The notes beneath the pieces are model-generated. The model worked only from the letters and a program-made list of their open reading frames with translations. It did not search any database and had not been told where the DNA came from. Source: Phoronis australis (lineage: Eukaryota > Animalia > Phoronida). Taken from it: a DNA stretch of 64,000 bases. The translations under genes and the position numbers were made by a program. Below are positions 50,018 through 64,000 of the stretch, one piece after another; position 1 is the first letter of the stretch; each line of letters opens with the position of its first letter. Location of the stretch: assembly GCA_002633005.1 (NCBI GenBank), contig NMRA01000370.1:310001-374000 (forward strand). The letters run 5' to 3'.

Positions 50018-53000
50018 TCGGGCCTACGCCGCAAATTATCAGAGCTGAGACTTCACGTCGCAGTTTTGGGGAATGTTGGTTTTTTAAAACAGCAGGAGGC
50101 CCAAGTTCAGTGTCAAATAGACGCCCGGTCAGCTTAAACCTCCAGTCAAGCCCCTATACTCTTGTACTTTGTACTGTCACTGTTCTCTTTTGATGTGCGA
50201 CTTTGGTGTGGACAGAGCGTGAGTTCACCCGCTCTGGAGTGCAAGTTACCTTGACTGCATATGTGAGTGACAGGACTGACTCATATGCGTGTGCTCAACC
50301 CCGGAAAGAAGGTCTTGAGAATTTGTTTGCCGCTGTCTTATGCCATAAAAAATGAGACGCATGTTGAAACAGGCAGTAATATTACTTGCCGCCATTTCCA
50401 AGTCGCGATCGTTTGCGGGGATATTGCGTGCAAACAGCAGGACCGAATAGTGTCGCAATACGATATTGTAGGTAATATTATAATAGGATAATTTGGAAAT
50501 TTTGCATGTAAAATAAAAATGTGTTTTTCCACCACAAAATTTGGTAAGTTGATCATTTAACAATGAATAGAAACATCACTGTTTTGTGCCGTTTTATCAC
50601 ATATGTATGCCGTGGTCCGTACATTGGAAATTCCTGAGGTTGCATATTACGACTAAATACAAGATGATCAAACTCTTGGCTCGCATCTTCAAAATTCAGG
50701 TCGTCAATGCGACCTGCAGCTCGTTATGCCTAGCGCCGAGTCCCAATTGCAACAATATCGACTCGGTAAGGACACTTTGCTGGATGGAACTCGTCAATAA
50801 TTTAGTCGTATAACAAACCAATGAGCTATATACATAGAGGTGACATGACTATACTCGCAAGCCAGACAACGCGTGATACGCGGTCCGCCATAATAATGAT
50901 GAACGAAATGTAAACAAAAGCATGGTGGCCTTATGGAAGCCGGGGAATTTTCAGAATAAAATTTGAAATTTTAAATACCGTACTATCGAGGTTTTAAAAT
51001 ATGATTGGTAACATAAAGCAATGTAAACATGTGACCCACGCATTGCCTAAACAGTCAAGGCCGAGAAGACATAATTACTGGAAATCGCTGCCGTTATGGC
51101 CTGGGATCTCTTGCCGGTTTACAAATTATACCGCATACTTTTATAATTGTTTATGCCTTTAATACCCACATGAGAATATAGTTCTTAACTCGTTTTGTTT
51201 TAGCTAAGCTTATAATTGTTAAGAACTTGATTATTTGTTTACAAGCCGGATTAAAGAGGATCAGCTGGAAAGGAGACACTCCCATCAACCATTGCATTCC
51301 TAAAATATACATGAAGTTAATTTTTGTCAGCTTTAGCCTAAAGAGATCATATTTAATGCCTCGGGTAATTTATGAACTTCCCCTCAACTTTGAAACAAGT
51401 TGAACTGAAATTTCGGTGGCAGATCCAGGATATCATAAGGGGGTGGGCCCAACATTTTGTCTCTGGGAATCGCACAAAGCACAACTGTATGGGCGCACCC
51501 AGCCTAAAATATAGGAGGGCTCGGAAAAAAAACAAAGAAATAGAAAACCCACTGTGCCGGCTATCTGACTTGGACAGTTGCAATCTGGTTTGAGCCCTCC
51601 CCCCCACACACACAGGCACACACAAACTAAAACTGGACACATTGTTATATCTTGTTTCAACTGCATGTTAATTACCAGGGTTACTTAATGAACTAAATAT
51701 TTCCTCACGCTCTTGCTGATTTATTTTTTCTGGTAGCCAATGGGAGGGGGGTGGACCGGGCACACCCTCATAAATCTACCTATGAATTTCACTGAAACAC
51801 TGCTCCCCACTGAGTACCATAGATAGACAGTCCCTAAAACTACCTGTAATTGTCTACTTTGGGTTGTATCAACCAAGAACATGAAGCGTTGTATGAAAAT
51901 GGAAAAAATGTCTAAGTCTGTATTCATGTTTGTGCTGTCACAAATAAATCTGTAAGACTGTTGGTGATACCTCAGTGATACTCTGGGTGTTTATGCTAAG
52001 TGGAATACTAATTGTATACATTTTGACACTCTAGTGTCTCAAAATTTAAACCATTGTATCATAGACGCCAGTGTCAAAATACAGCAGCGATTGGGTGGGT
52101 TCAGAATTTTAAATACAGTACGCACAATGTTAATGTTTATACCAATGTACCCCCTTGGATCTGCGCATCATGCATGGAATGCAGATTTTCCATCAATAAC
52201 ATTAAGAATGTCACAAGGGTAACAAAAACATGTAACCTCAGAAACAAAACATTGAGATGCCATTCCAAACAGGTTTCAATTTATTTCAAACATCAACATC
52301 ATATTGCGATACTACAAAAACTCACACAAAAACAAAAACAAAACTGCCACAAAGAGGCACCACAGTAGTTGGTGCCATCCAAAGATCGTTGGTATATGCC
52401 CTCTTCCCGTGAGGAGATATCTGTCAATTTACATAATTATCTTTAAAAGTGGCTAGGCCGAAAGAGAAGGCAATGCCGAAACCAACTAAAAAAATAAAAA
52501 CAGCCACGTAAATAACCAGTAACCATGGCATGTAAAAACAACGCATTGTTCCTAAGTTTTTTAAAACTTCATGTAGTCAACACAAATATTGCCTGCAACA
52601 GGTCCAACAGTTAGTAACAAAGCTTTTATGAAATGTGCTTCAAGACAAAAATGTCAGCCTGCTAAAACTATTTTGGCACAGTTTTGCTGTTTTTCCATTA
52701 AGCTAATCTGACTCTTGTGTAGACCATTGATTAAGGTAATTAGCAGACAAACCAACAAGCTAAGTCCATTTCCTGTTGACTTATCCATTCTAACTTTCTA
52801 AGCCACGGCTGAAGAACATGGTTTGCTAATGTCCACTTCAGGGTTCAACTAGTTTAAGGTTTTTTAATTTGGCAAGTTAATACTAAAAACTTGACACAGC
52901 TTTGTAGGGAGTAGATGAGATGAACAATTGTTTCTGCCATTTAATTCTCCCCTGCAATTTTGAATTATATTTTCAGCTCAAAACACAGTTACACAAGGCT

Positions 53001-54589
53001 TCAAGTTCAGCTGGCATAAGGTGACACAGGGGGAAAGAGAGCCTGAACCACTTCAGACGACATCCAAGTGAAAAACGGGAAAAACGTATCCCGACCTGTT
53101 CTGAACTTCAAGCTGACATAATACGATTTTTTTATTCCAAAATTTGGACAACGTAAAACTAGCGCTTCGCATCGACTTCGAAAAATCGCAATTGGAACCA
53201 AATATGCTGTTTTTGTAGGACTACCATAAAATTCACTGGCCTTTGAACAAAATGAGCTTGGTAAGCTTCTGCCTTACATTCCAGGTATTGAATGATGCAG
53301 TGTGGAGTTACTATGCAGTTAAATGCTGCCCAATACATGGGCATCATGACCCACTTAATGGCTCATCAGCAAGATGGCGGACCACTCCGCTCAACGAAAA
53401 CCACATGATGTCAACTCTAGTTAAATTTATCTCATTGTAACAAACCACTGGTGCCTGTCACCCAAATAATGGGGGCTTCGTCTTCAAATTATTTTTACCA
53501 ACGCAGGTACATGTATGAACTACTTTCTCAGAGTCATGCCATTCATAGTGTTAGTCTTTTTTTAAATTAAAATCTTATGCACTAGTTTTTGAGTAATGCC
53601 TTTGCGGTAACTTTTGATTGACGACTGGCTTATGTCTGCCGGGCGGTCGAAATAAAACAGCCGCATAACCTTACGTTGAAAATATTGAATCACAGAGTCT
53701 CGAACATAAACAATTCCCAAACACAAAAAAACACCTGAATTAGTTTTTCAAACTTTATTGTAAATAATTTAAAACTGCTCTCTAACTCAGAACACAGCTA
53801 ACACATGACTGCTGTGACCTTTGCAGCATGTGAAGCTTGCACGCTTGCACTTTGCACTGTCACTACGTGAGGATAGTTGCAATCCAAGTGGAGGGCTGCA
53901 TTAAGTCACTGGTCGTCTACTACCTACAGGTACAGCTCTAACAAGACCGCAGGACGGCACGGGCTAAATTTAACTAAAATGATTAATCTGAGGGCAACAG
54001 AGCCTTTGTTGGGATCATCGGCTATTAAATACCGTCATTTGGCGACGTGGCGATAAAGCTCTGAAAAGTGCTACGCGTTCCAACTATGTGTCGGGACTGG
54101 GATCATGAGGTAAGATTAACCGCCCACCCCGATTGTCTGTGGTAATAAGCGCCCATGTTCAGTTAACCGCGCACCTGCGATTTCTAAACCCGAACGTTTA
54201 CGGAAAGTGAAGGATTACCGTAATAGCCTGCTAGCGCCCCCTAACTATGTAACTAAATCTAAGTCACTGATTAAACAAACAGAGCTCAGTATTTTTTGAT
54301 GATGGATAATTTTCTGCGTTTATTCAGTACTGTACTCTAACCCAAGATAACATCAAGCGTCAGTGAAACAGACACTGTCTAATTTTTGAAAATCTTCGTT
54401 TTCAGACGCCCATATGCTCCGTTATTCCTCTACCCAATAGACTTTTGGTTCCTTAATTAAAAAGTATAAGCTTTGCCAAATTTCTCCACAAATGCAAAGA
54501 TTAAAAACATTATTTGTCTATTACAAGCATGGATTGGTGTGTAGATGTCATACATTCATTATTTGGAAAAGGTACATCAGCCTTATTTG

Positions 54590-55150
54590 AATAAAAGCAA
54601 CGCCGAGCGTTGAAATGCGCCCACGAATGCATTGCAAATGGTGTGCTTTTAGGGTTATTTATTTATATCATAAAAATGGCCACTAGATGGCGCAAAAACG
54701 TACAATCCATCCAACAACAGGAACATGCCATATCTCATAAAAATCTGTCAAGAAATTTCAGAGAAACAAAGGAAAACAGAATAAAATGAAATTGCCACTT
54801 GTGGGCACAGTGTCCGTTGGATCCGCCAGGAAGTCGTCGTCGTCTGTTGTTATCTTCATATAAATACACTTACTAAATTTAATGAAGATCCTGCAGTCGA
54901 TTTAGGAGATACAACTATGGGCGCAAAACAAAACTACCATTAGGAGGTGCCACAGTAGTCAGTCACCATCATCAAATGTCTTCTTCCCACTGAGAAATGA
55001 TACGCTAATTTTCAAATGATTTGGTTGATACAGGGGTGGACGCCAAAACAAGATTTGAAAACATCAAAAATGTCCACTAGGTGGCGCAAAATACCTCGAT
55101 TCCATCCAAAAACAGGAAGATAGTGTCACCACACCAATAGATGCCCATAT
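54590..55150 (+). mobile_element. Second core-repeat array of the same family (5' part)
   Basis: Four units with ccactagatggcgc, gccacttgtgggcac, accattaggaggtgcc and ccactaggtggcgc, in the same order as at 42545-44060. Confidence 0.6.
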
Positions 55151-55645
55151 TTAAAATTATAATATAGTGTTTGATTTTACTTTATTTCTGTTTCTGTTGA
55201 CGAAGGATATTATTATATCCAAAAATTTCAGTTGATCCATTCTTGTTGTTTTATTTACCTATACATAATAATAAGCACACACTGATTTACAGGCGTATTT
55301 TTATAGATGTCAGCACTCAATGCTGGTAATTTCCAGGCCAATATTCACACATCTGCAATACCCAGCATGAGAAAGACATGAAGCATTGTTAGGCTGTGAT
55401 CAGCTAAGATGGTTGGGTAATTGGTATCTGTCAAAATGAATATTATCCACAGTTTTATGAGGGTCCTGTCAGCAGAATACACAAACTCAATTACAAGGCT
55501 GTGATGTAGAACCCTTTAAAATGTCCATATCTGATTAACTTCAGAACATCATATATCAGAAATGACTGATCAGATTTATGTGAAACTGTCAGATACTATT
55601 ATTTATGCACTGTTCTGCAAATACTGTTACGAATTGTTCTTAAAA

Positions 55646-56151
55646 GATCCTTTCATATTGACTTAACTCCGGTCTGAGCGGAGCATCGACGTAAACAGCA
55701 CAGTGAACTGGACCGTTCATACTGGCTTCGGTAGTTAATGAACATCGAAGTAAGTGGTTGGTGCCGCTGTCGTCATCGAAGTTATCGCAAGATAGTGTAG
55801 CACGCTAAGATTTTTTTCAATGTTTCAATTTGGAAACATTTACATGTGCTAACTGACATTAAACTTATTCTTAAATCGATTGCTTATTATTAGAGCAAAA
55901 TTTAAGCAGCCATTAGTGACAGCACTACCTTGTAACTGTTGATGAATAACAGTGGCACCTGGGCATAACTTCGACTGGACCAAAGTTAAGTGTTCAATTA
56001 TTGCACCACAGTGTCGACGCTGCACTATTAAATGCACCTGTTAAATGTGATGTTAACTGGAGCTGTACTGCGATCCAGGAACGGAGTTAAGCGTTCATAC
56101 TGACCGTAACTCCCCAAACCATCAACGCATCGATGTTAGTATGAAAGCCCC
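55646..56151. mobile_element. Degraded Harbinger-like MITE
   Basis: gatcctttcatattgac pairs with gttagtatgaaagcccc; inner cttaactccg/cggagttaag are inverted and cgttcatactg is repeated. Confidence 0.45.
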
Positions 56152-59100
56152 TAAAGTGTTCCGCTTATACATGAGGGCTATCAAAAATAGAGCTACTTTC
56201 ATTTTTATGAAAAACTAAAGTTGCATTCAGAGGACTGTAAAAATAATTTTAAGATTTCATCTTCAACACACACAACAATCAAAAGTTTATGTAGTTGATA
56301 CAAATGTACCATTTTTGCCGAGATTTTACTAAGAAACACATGGTCCCATGACAGAGTTAATGACAGATTAGTAAAAACTCAAACATCAAATGCTACTGGT
56401 TTTGCACTTTCAGAAAATATATTTTTTCATGGAGTAAAAATTTATAGTTTTGTAGATATTTGGCAAAATACGCACACTTGTCCAAAATGTCCTACATATT
56501 AACCTTCATGATGATGTCAATGAGCACAAATCTGGACTGAACTCTTTGCAAAGAGCAGCGCTTTTGAGTTTTCATATACTAGGCTCGGTAAGGATATGCC
56601 TTCTCAAATATACGCCCCAGTAAACTGTCATATCAGGAGGTCTATAAATTGAAACTGTACCAGCGAAATCGGCACAAAATGAGCTGTTAATAAGGCAACA
56701 GACTGAAATAGAATGTCCTGCCTTCGGGAAGATTTGTTTTTGGTTGCCACTAGCTGACACTATTCGTGGTAGGCAACTGTATATATGTAAATTGTGGCTC
56801 CAAGGAAGGCCCACGGGCCAGACCACCTACACTCATAAAGTTTTCCAAACATACGTAGGCCCTTGAGCCTGTACTTGTTTGTAGAAATTTACAGTATACA
56901 AAAAGCACCACCCTTCAAACCAGCTAGATGTACAAAACCGAATCTCAAACACAGTCATAGTTTTCGAAGAACACATAAAAAACCTGTTAAACAAAATGAA
57001 CAAAACAATGAATATATCTCACCTCCTAGACGACCGTGTCCTAGCTCTGTTGACCATAGTTACATCTGGATAACCCCACTCGATGCAGAATTAGCTGCAA
57101 TGAGAAAGTCATTTGCATTCAATCAATACATTTTCATTAACTTGCCACTGAGTCGCTCTCACATCATAATCCAAACACCCTTGTCTTGCGGTTTTAAGCC
57201 AATTTCAATCAAAGATCTGCTGGTTAATTTCATTGATTATAATATGACAACTGTTTACACTTGTCCCGTGGCTAGTACGGTTTGATGAAAACATGGATTA
57301 ACCTCACTTGCTGACTTCAATCGCGAGAAACACGATCTCACCATGACACATGAACTGGAAAAAAAAATCCCCCTGGGAAATTCAATAGTGCATAATTTCG
57401 TGCACATGATACGCAAAAAATATGGTCTACGGAATATTTACTCCCATATCACAGAGCAATTATTGGCGGAAATGCAGGATACCAGACTATGCTAAAACCT
57501 CGTCAATTTCGTACAAAAATAATTGACATAATTGACAAAATTGATCTTTTTAACTTTTTCAATGGCTTCTAACATAGTTACGAATGTCCAGTTATTCAAA
57601 ACTTTGTCTGATGGCAGTTTTGTTACAAATATTAAAACTTTGAAAGTATTTTAAATTAAAATTTGGTTCTGCATGTGTTCATGTAAAAAGTTAATATAGA
57701 ATTTCACTTGTTGGCCATGCTGTATCGCAAATTGGAGAGATTTTACTGCATAACTAGGAAAAAGAAAGATCTTTCAATGGCAACTTCAATTTTTAATTGA
57801 ACCTATTGCATGACGAAAAGAAAAAAAATTTTTCTCGATTTTTATACCATAATGCCCTGTCTAGACAAATTCAATTCCCTAATGGTCATTGCCTGCTCTC
57901 TAACTGTGCCACTGACATTTTACAAAGAGCATCACTAAGTAGTTTTGTTACCCACTCAGAGAAATGTGTTGCAAACAATATTGTAATCTTGCACCATGTA
58001 GGAATTGCTACTTTAGAAGACGAAAAAAGTAGCAATAATGTAGAATTTTTAGAATTTACTGCACTTTTGAACAATTTCACAAGAACTGAATTCAGATGCT
58101 TTCTTTTTCACTATGGAAAAGATATGATTACATAAGCACATTGTTACCAGTTGAGGAAAATTAACCTGTTAGCTTATTGACAAAGCAAGAATAAAATCCA
58201 TATCACTTAGCCAATACCATTCAAATGCATGCATTGATTTAATCGAGTATTACTAACTGGACTGTTAAAGGGAGTCAGCCACCCTTTGTAAACCCAATAT
58301 TTTAAACGCAATATTTCCATCATGTTTCTGTCCTGTGGAAAATTATTCATAACCTACTTGATCTTCCATTTACTTGTAAGTCAACACTTGTCTATATTAT
58401 CTTTCAGATATCTAGTCAGAGTTATCTCCACATGTGAGTATTTTCAAATAAAAAAGCATGACAATATTGCAAAACCAGAAATCAAAAGCAAGGCCAATCG
58501 GCCATTTATCAATAAGCCTTTGATAACTTGGCTTCATTTCTGCTCCCTCCTTCATTCGTAAATCGATTCAACACTCCCCTAATGCAACCAGATTTCTGAA
58601 GAAAACAAATGCAATACAAAAGTTTGCTGCTCATTTCACAGCACCTTGTATTTTGTCAACAAATTTGAACAAGAACCATTGGCGTCATCAAATTCTCTTT
58701 ACCTGAAAGAACACTGATCTTTGTTCCTTTGGTGCAGAGCAGGGCCATTACAGTAATAGCAATGATTTTGCAGCAATAAAACACTTACTGAAAGAACTTA
58801 CAACAATGAACACTAAATGAAGGGATCTTTCTAATAGTTTAGCTTCTGAAATTGAATTCTTCAAGAAAAGTTGGGTAGGATGGCATTTACATGAAAGAAA
58901 TACAACAAAAATTACGCAAAAAACGCGTTCTAGTTACGAAGTTAGGTTTGTTCACCTGTATTTTGATAGGGATAGACGTATTTACCTTAATATATTCAAG
59001 AGGGTAAATAATTGGTGAAATATGGAACAAGACTGTGTGAATCGCGGCTTGACAAAGGACTAGATTAATATATGAATGGAAATTCTAATACTGCCACCTG

Positions 59101-59759
59101 GAGTTGAGACTAAACGAGAGTTATTTGTAATGTTTGAGCAAGAACACTGAATAGCAATCATGATTTAGGAACTGCATTTTTAAGACATACTAAGTTGTGA
59201 TGGTGGCTGACACATTTCCTCAAAAAGCCAAATTCCCATTTGACTCACCATTATGAATCACTTGGATAATAAATTATTTATGCTCCTTGTTGCCTCCTGG
59301 TGACTCAGGTGTCATTTTCACGACACCTCTTAATGGCATATTCACTACTGATTTTCTACCTGAAGTTTGTTGAAAAGCCTTCAATCTCGCTACTACCTGA
59401 AGTTTCAAAGCCTTCAATCTAGCTAACGGTTCTTTGTGCTGAACTACATTTTTCAGGGCACTCACAAAATGATGTCGATTTCCACATCATGTTATCTGGC
59501 AGTTCTTGATGAGCTATCTCATGGACGATATGGTTTCGCCACCTGGTAGCTGTTTGATCAAGTAGCCAATAATGGTAATTATGCGCTTATTTAGTGCACA
59601 ATATGGCAGACGAGTGAAATTCTATTTTGTAAAATTTATTCATAAAAATAAAGATGAATAAAATTTTAGTCAGTTGCAAGATGTAGAGTGTCATAAAACA
59701 TTACTCTCGGCAAACTTCCCATGATATCATTTGATTCAGAAGTAATTCAGTACGTAATC

Positions 59760-61191
59760 CACGGGTGAGAAACAACATGACCGCCGGTCCTCACCCAAAA
59801 CAGAACCTCTGGGGATCAAATGGGATTGCTGCACCAGAAAATGGGACTGACGCACCTAAAAACACGACCACCCCACCACAAAACAGGACCGCCGGGGACT
59901 GAACATGACCGCCGGACAAAATGTAGTTATCAAGGCCTTTCTATGATACTGTGGGTTATGACGTAACTGGTCAGCTAGCTGTGAAAACTCGCCAAAATAA
60001 AACTTGGTAGCACTGCGTTATTGAGCCCCGTTACATCCCTGAAATTTCCCACAGCCCGGGTATAGTTCTGCTCGTCATCTCGTCACGTGAAACTTATATC
60101 AACATGTAGAGCTAGCAAGCAGAGCAGGGGCATGCAAAATCAAGGAGTCAATCAACACTCAGCTTGCAGGTTGCAGCCGCTTGAGTGAAAAACAATCTAA
60201 TGAACACCATTTGTTTGCCTATTGTAACAAAAGTTTGTCGCGCTCGTGACATGAGCACGCACCATTTCCTAAAATTTTGCGACATCTTTCGGAAGATGAT
60301 GACTCAACTAAGCAGCAGCACTGATTTGTTCTGAAATTTGGTTTGCTAGTATTAAAATATTAAAAACTTTTGTTGAAATGAAACCAGTTCCGATAATTTG
60401 TTGTGCCATGTACGCAACCTCGTAGAAGAGAAGAGCTGACAGAATCGGTGAAAAAAGGAACTGGTCAATGTTAGCTGACCTAAAAGAACGCATCTCAAGT
60501 AGAATAACGACAGAACGACAAATTTTCCCGGCGAGCGCTGATAAATAATTTAGTTTACTCTAGGAAGAGTGTCGTTAATAACACTAATTCAGTGAAGATT
60601 TTATATGTGCAGTGTTTTACCGACACATCGGCGCCGAGCTGTATATTTAGTATACTGCTTTGCCGCACAAGGGCTAGTTTAATAATGATGCTTTACCCGA
60701 GAACCAGAACGCCCGTTTAAAGTTTTCTTTCTCGACTAAAACGTCACATTGGAGAAAACGATTTTCATTTTGTTCTAAAACTTACGCAGTGGATAAAGTT
60801 ATAATTATTTAGCTCAAAAGCGTGCAACTTGGTTGGTTTGTGGTTAAAACTCAAAAGCGCCGCCTGTTACAAAGCGAAGTGTCCTGTAGCGCACAAAAGA
60901 TTTCGTTGGATTAATTGGCACAAGACCTGCATATGCATATGTATATATCTCCATTGCATGATCTGTGTAGGCCTACCGATAATAAATCTTAGCTTGTTTG
61001 TCATTGCGGTTGCAATCCCTGGCAGTCATGTTCAGTCCTCGGCATTCCTGTTTTCTGGTGGGGCGGTCATGTTTTTAGACGGGTCAGTCCCATTTTCTGG
61101 TGCGACGGTGCCATTTGATCCCCGGAGGTCCTATTTTGGGTGAGTCGGTCCGATTTAAGAGGACCGGCAGTCATGTTGTTTCTCACCCGTG
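59760..61191. mobile_element. Non-autonomous DNA transposon with CAC...GTG ends and about 160-bp imperfect TIRs
   Basis: CACGGGTGAGAAACAACATGAC pairs with GTCATGTTGTTTCTCACCCGTG (22 bp perfect). The flanks TAATC/TAACC suggest a 5-bp TSD with one mismatch. Confidence 0.85.
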
Positions 61192-63328
61192 TAACCCATT
61201 TATGAAAAAATTTTGGTGATACCTTTTGTGAAGTCTTCATCACAAACAATGATGTAGATTTTGAATAGTTTATCAGATATTGAAGACTATCATGAACAGT
61301 AACAACAGAAAATTTGGTTTCTACAGTATGCAAAGAGCATAAATGTCAGCCGCCCACCAGTGCCATGAATTGTCAAATGTAATGAACTGTAAGGTACTAC
61401 TGGCTTGCTTTCATCTACATCATCACAAGAATTACCTTTGAATTCAAACAGCTGCAATAACAACCCCCTCTATTCAGACACCTGTTAACCTGTTGTTTGT
61501 GCTACGATCTCAAGGCGACTTATTGATGCAATATGGCAGGAAAAGACAGCTTCACCTATCATTTGACGGGCCTTCATTTGCGTGATTTAACTCATATTTT
61601 CATATTTTCCTAAGGCTTTGCTAGCACTACAGGTCAGCCCAATACATCTTAGAAAATAACAAAATTCTGTTGAAGTCAGGCTTTAAACCTGGGCTCAACC
61701 ATGTTTTGGTATTAAAAATCCAACTTTCTTCACAGAAACGTTTGCTCTTCCAAAGCCAACACATGTCACCGTCTCCTTATCCTTAGCTTGAACTGAAACT
61801 TCTTACAAAACGAATCACCCGGAACCAGGAACCTGCGATGGACATATGCTGTCATGGTAACTGCATAAAATCAACCAGCAACAACAAACTTCATTTAATA
61901 CTTGCTGATTAAGAAAAGACATGTCTCTGATCTGAGAAAGGAGCAACATGGAACTGGCAGTAATAATAAGTGACCTAAATCCAACGTTGGTTTTTGACCA
62001 GCTCCTTTAAATTTGGTCCGATCATAGAGTAAATATCATAATTTTTAGTTTTAAAGTTCATTATACCTTTACTGACATCAATGAAGTACTACACCGCAAT
62101 GATGTCATACACTTCTCATGATTGCTATATTTTCAGCAAGGACTTGCGTTGATACATGTCAGCATGCTGGTATACCATAAACAGCAGATTTGTAACTCTT
62201 GCATATAACCACTCATGTTGACGAGATATAAATCTGAAATTAACTGTGCTCACCTATCACTCTGACTGAACAAACGTAATCCACCACAAACAAAACCGCC
62301 CCTGGCTCAAACTAATCGCCCATGCGTTCAATGTGCCATAAACAAAATCTCAGCTGATTAAAGTTGCGTATTTGTAAAGCAAACAAAAACATTGAAGAAA
62401 AAAACATAATACACGTTCTTCTCTTAGTTTCTTATTTGTTTAATCTTCTTTTGGTGATAAACAGCATAATCACCCTTTATGCGGAATAATGATAAAACAG
62501 GACTTATAGTAGAACAGAGAGGTCATAATGAAGTCGTCACTAAAAAGAAAAATTAATTCTAATTGTAGAAGAATTTTTTCATTTAAATACCATTTGAACT
62601 GATTTTTACACTACTAGTGAATCTGGAATATCTTCCAACGCTACGTAGTCATTGTTGCGCGGATCACCCATTAGGCAGATCTTATGGTAACATAATTGGC
62701 TCGCAAGTGGACGAGAAAGCATGCAGAGTTTACCCTAAAGTATCTAGTGAATTCCTTGGCATGTCAAAGGCTTGATGGCGCGGTCATGTCATAACACAAC
62801 ACACCTGTTTAATGTATGAGTTTTAATGTCAAAAATGAACACCAAGTATTTAAAGGCAAATGACCAGTGTGGCTGTTTTTGAACTTGAAAAGTAACTAAT
62901 ACCCGTCTTTGAATTTTTCAAAACTGATGCAAGAGAAATTAGGGAATAGGTTTTCGTCACCATCGTGGCTAAGCCATGAGCATTAATGTGAATCGATTAG
63001 GACAGGTTAGTCACAGTTTGGAGTAGCCTCGCTTAGGTGTAACAAAGCTCCAACTATTTTAGTGTTAGCATAGGAGTTGCCTCATGCTGACAATGCTCGT
63101 AGACAGGCTAGATCTTATCAATATTGTTTGCAACGCATAGTACATTGTTGTCAGATTACTTATGAAAGACACACACTGACATTCCAGAGAAACCAAACAC
63201 CTCACAATTGTGTAGTAGGCCTCTCAAGGGAGTTTGTTGCAGACAAAAGGTTCCATTTAGGAATACAAATCTACCAAGTTTTTCATGGAGTTCTGGACTG
63301 GGATCCTTTTTTCAAGCCCACTCTATGA

Positions 63329-63741
63329 ATGAGTGGAAGTTGCCCAAACTAAATCGGTGCACTTTAGTTTGGCGTGGGTTGATGAGCCAAACTGATGCCT
63401 GCGCCAAACTAAAGCTACCTTAAGTTCCCAAATTATTGCCAATATATGGTTTATATGTTTTTTAATGGTTATCAGAACTGAAATTGAAGACAATGAGTGC
63501 GGCGTGGTGTCTAATATAATAGTTTCACAGGACATTTCCCCCACGTGACTACATGCCCTGCATATATGTGCACATACTGTTGTCAATTTTGGGTTCTCAG
63601 TGATAAGCACAAAAAATCCATAAACCACTTGCAGTAATTTGGGAACTGACGAGAGCTTCAGTTTGGTGCAGGCAACAGTTTGGCATCAACCCGCTCCAAA
63701 CTGAAGTGCGCCAATTCAGTTTGGGCTGTGACAGCCACTCA
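63329..63741. mobile_element. Fold-back MITE with repeated ccaaact motifs
   Basis: The left arm tgagtgg...gcccaaactaaatcggtgcactttagtttggcgtgggttgatg is inverted in the right arm catcaacccgctccaaactgaagtgcgccaattcagtttgggc...ccactca. Confidence 0.72.
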
Positions 63742-64000
63742 GGCATTCAGGGAGTGGGCTTGAAATGCGCCAAATCAGTTCATGGCAGGCATCACTTTGG
63801 GCTGCAACATGGACATCTTGATCAGAGACGAACCAGCTCTGACCCGACTTCTGAAAAACATCACCCAGTACCCACCAGAATTATAGCTTTACCTAGGACC
63901 ATGCAATATCACTGTATATTACCCGCAGGTTTTACCAAACAATCATAGCAGTTGTGACTACAACAGTAAGAATTCCTTTTAATATATTCATATCAGCAGA

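Noticed and set aside
59760-59800. RAG-transposon recombination signal sequence
   Set aside because: It begins CACGGGT rather than CACAGTG/CACTATG, has no nonamer at a 12/23-like spacing, and has no RAG1/2 coding remnant.

Overview
This is AT-rich (roughly 37% GC, estimated by eye), repeat-dense eukaryotic DNA, most likely from a heterozygous marine invertebrate draft assembly; single-N gaps occur at 11240, 35427, 48343 and 49129. It is not prokaryotic, and nearly all listed ORFs are spurious. One host gene is recognisable: a minus-strand sarcospan (SSPN)/CD20-like tetraspan gene. Its coding exon 1 lies at 22351-22824 and a 90-bp exon 2 at 1885-1974, separated by a 20.4-kb intron; the last exon is presumably left of the window. 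A MEF2/E-box/FOX motif cluster sits about 410 bp upstream of the ATG. The intron holds a decayed 5'-truncated LINE (ORF1 end, APE endonuclease, RT, C-terminal zinc motif), tRNA-derived SINEs and Kolobok-like fold-back elements. The 41 kb upstream holds MITEs, a Kolobok remnant with convergent THAP and KolX-like fragments, Helentron/pearl-like core-repeat arrays rich in CTCF-like motifs, minisatellites and two gap-flanking haplotype duplications. I found no convincing novel multi-gene system. The best leads are the extended, motif-rich sarcospan N-terminus, a duplicated splice donor on exon 2, an in-frame ATG-less ORF1-stop-ORF2 junction in the LINE, and the Kolobok derivatives. All family assignments come from recalled motifs, not database searches.
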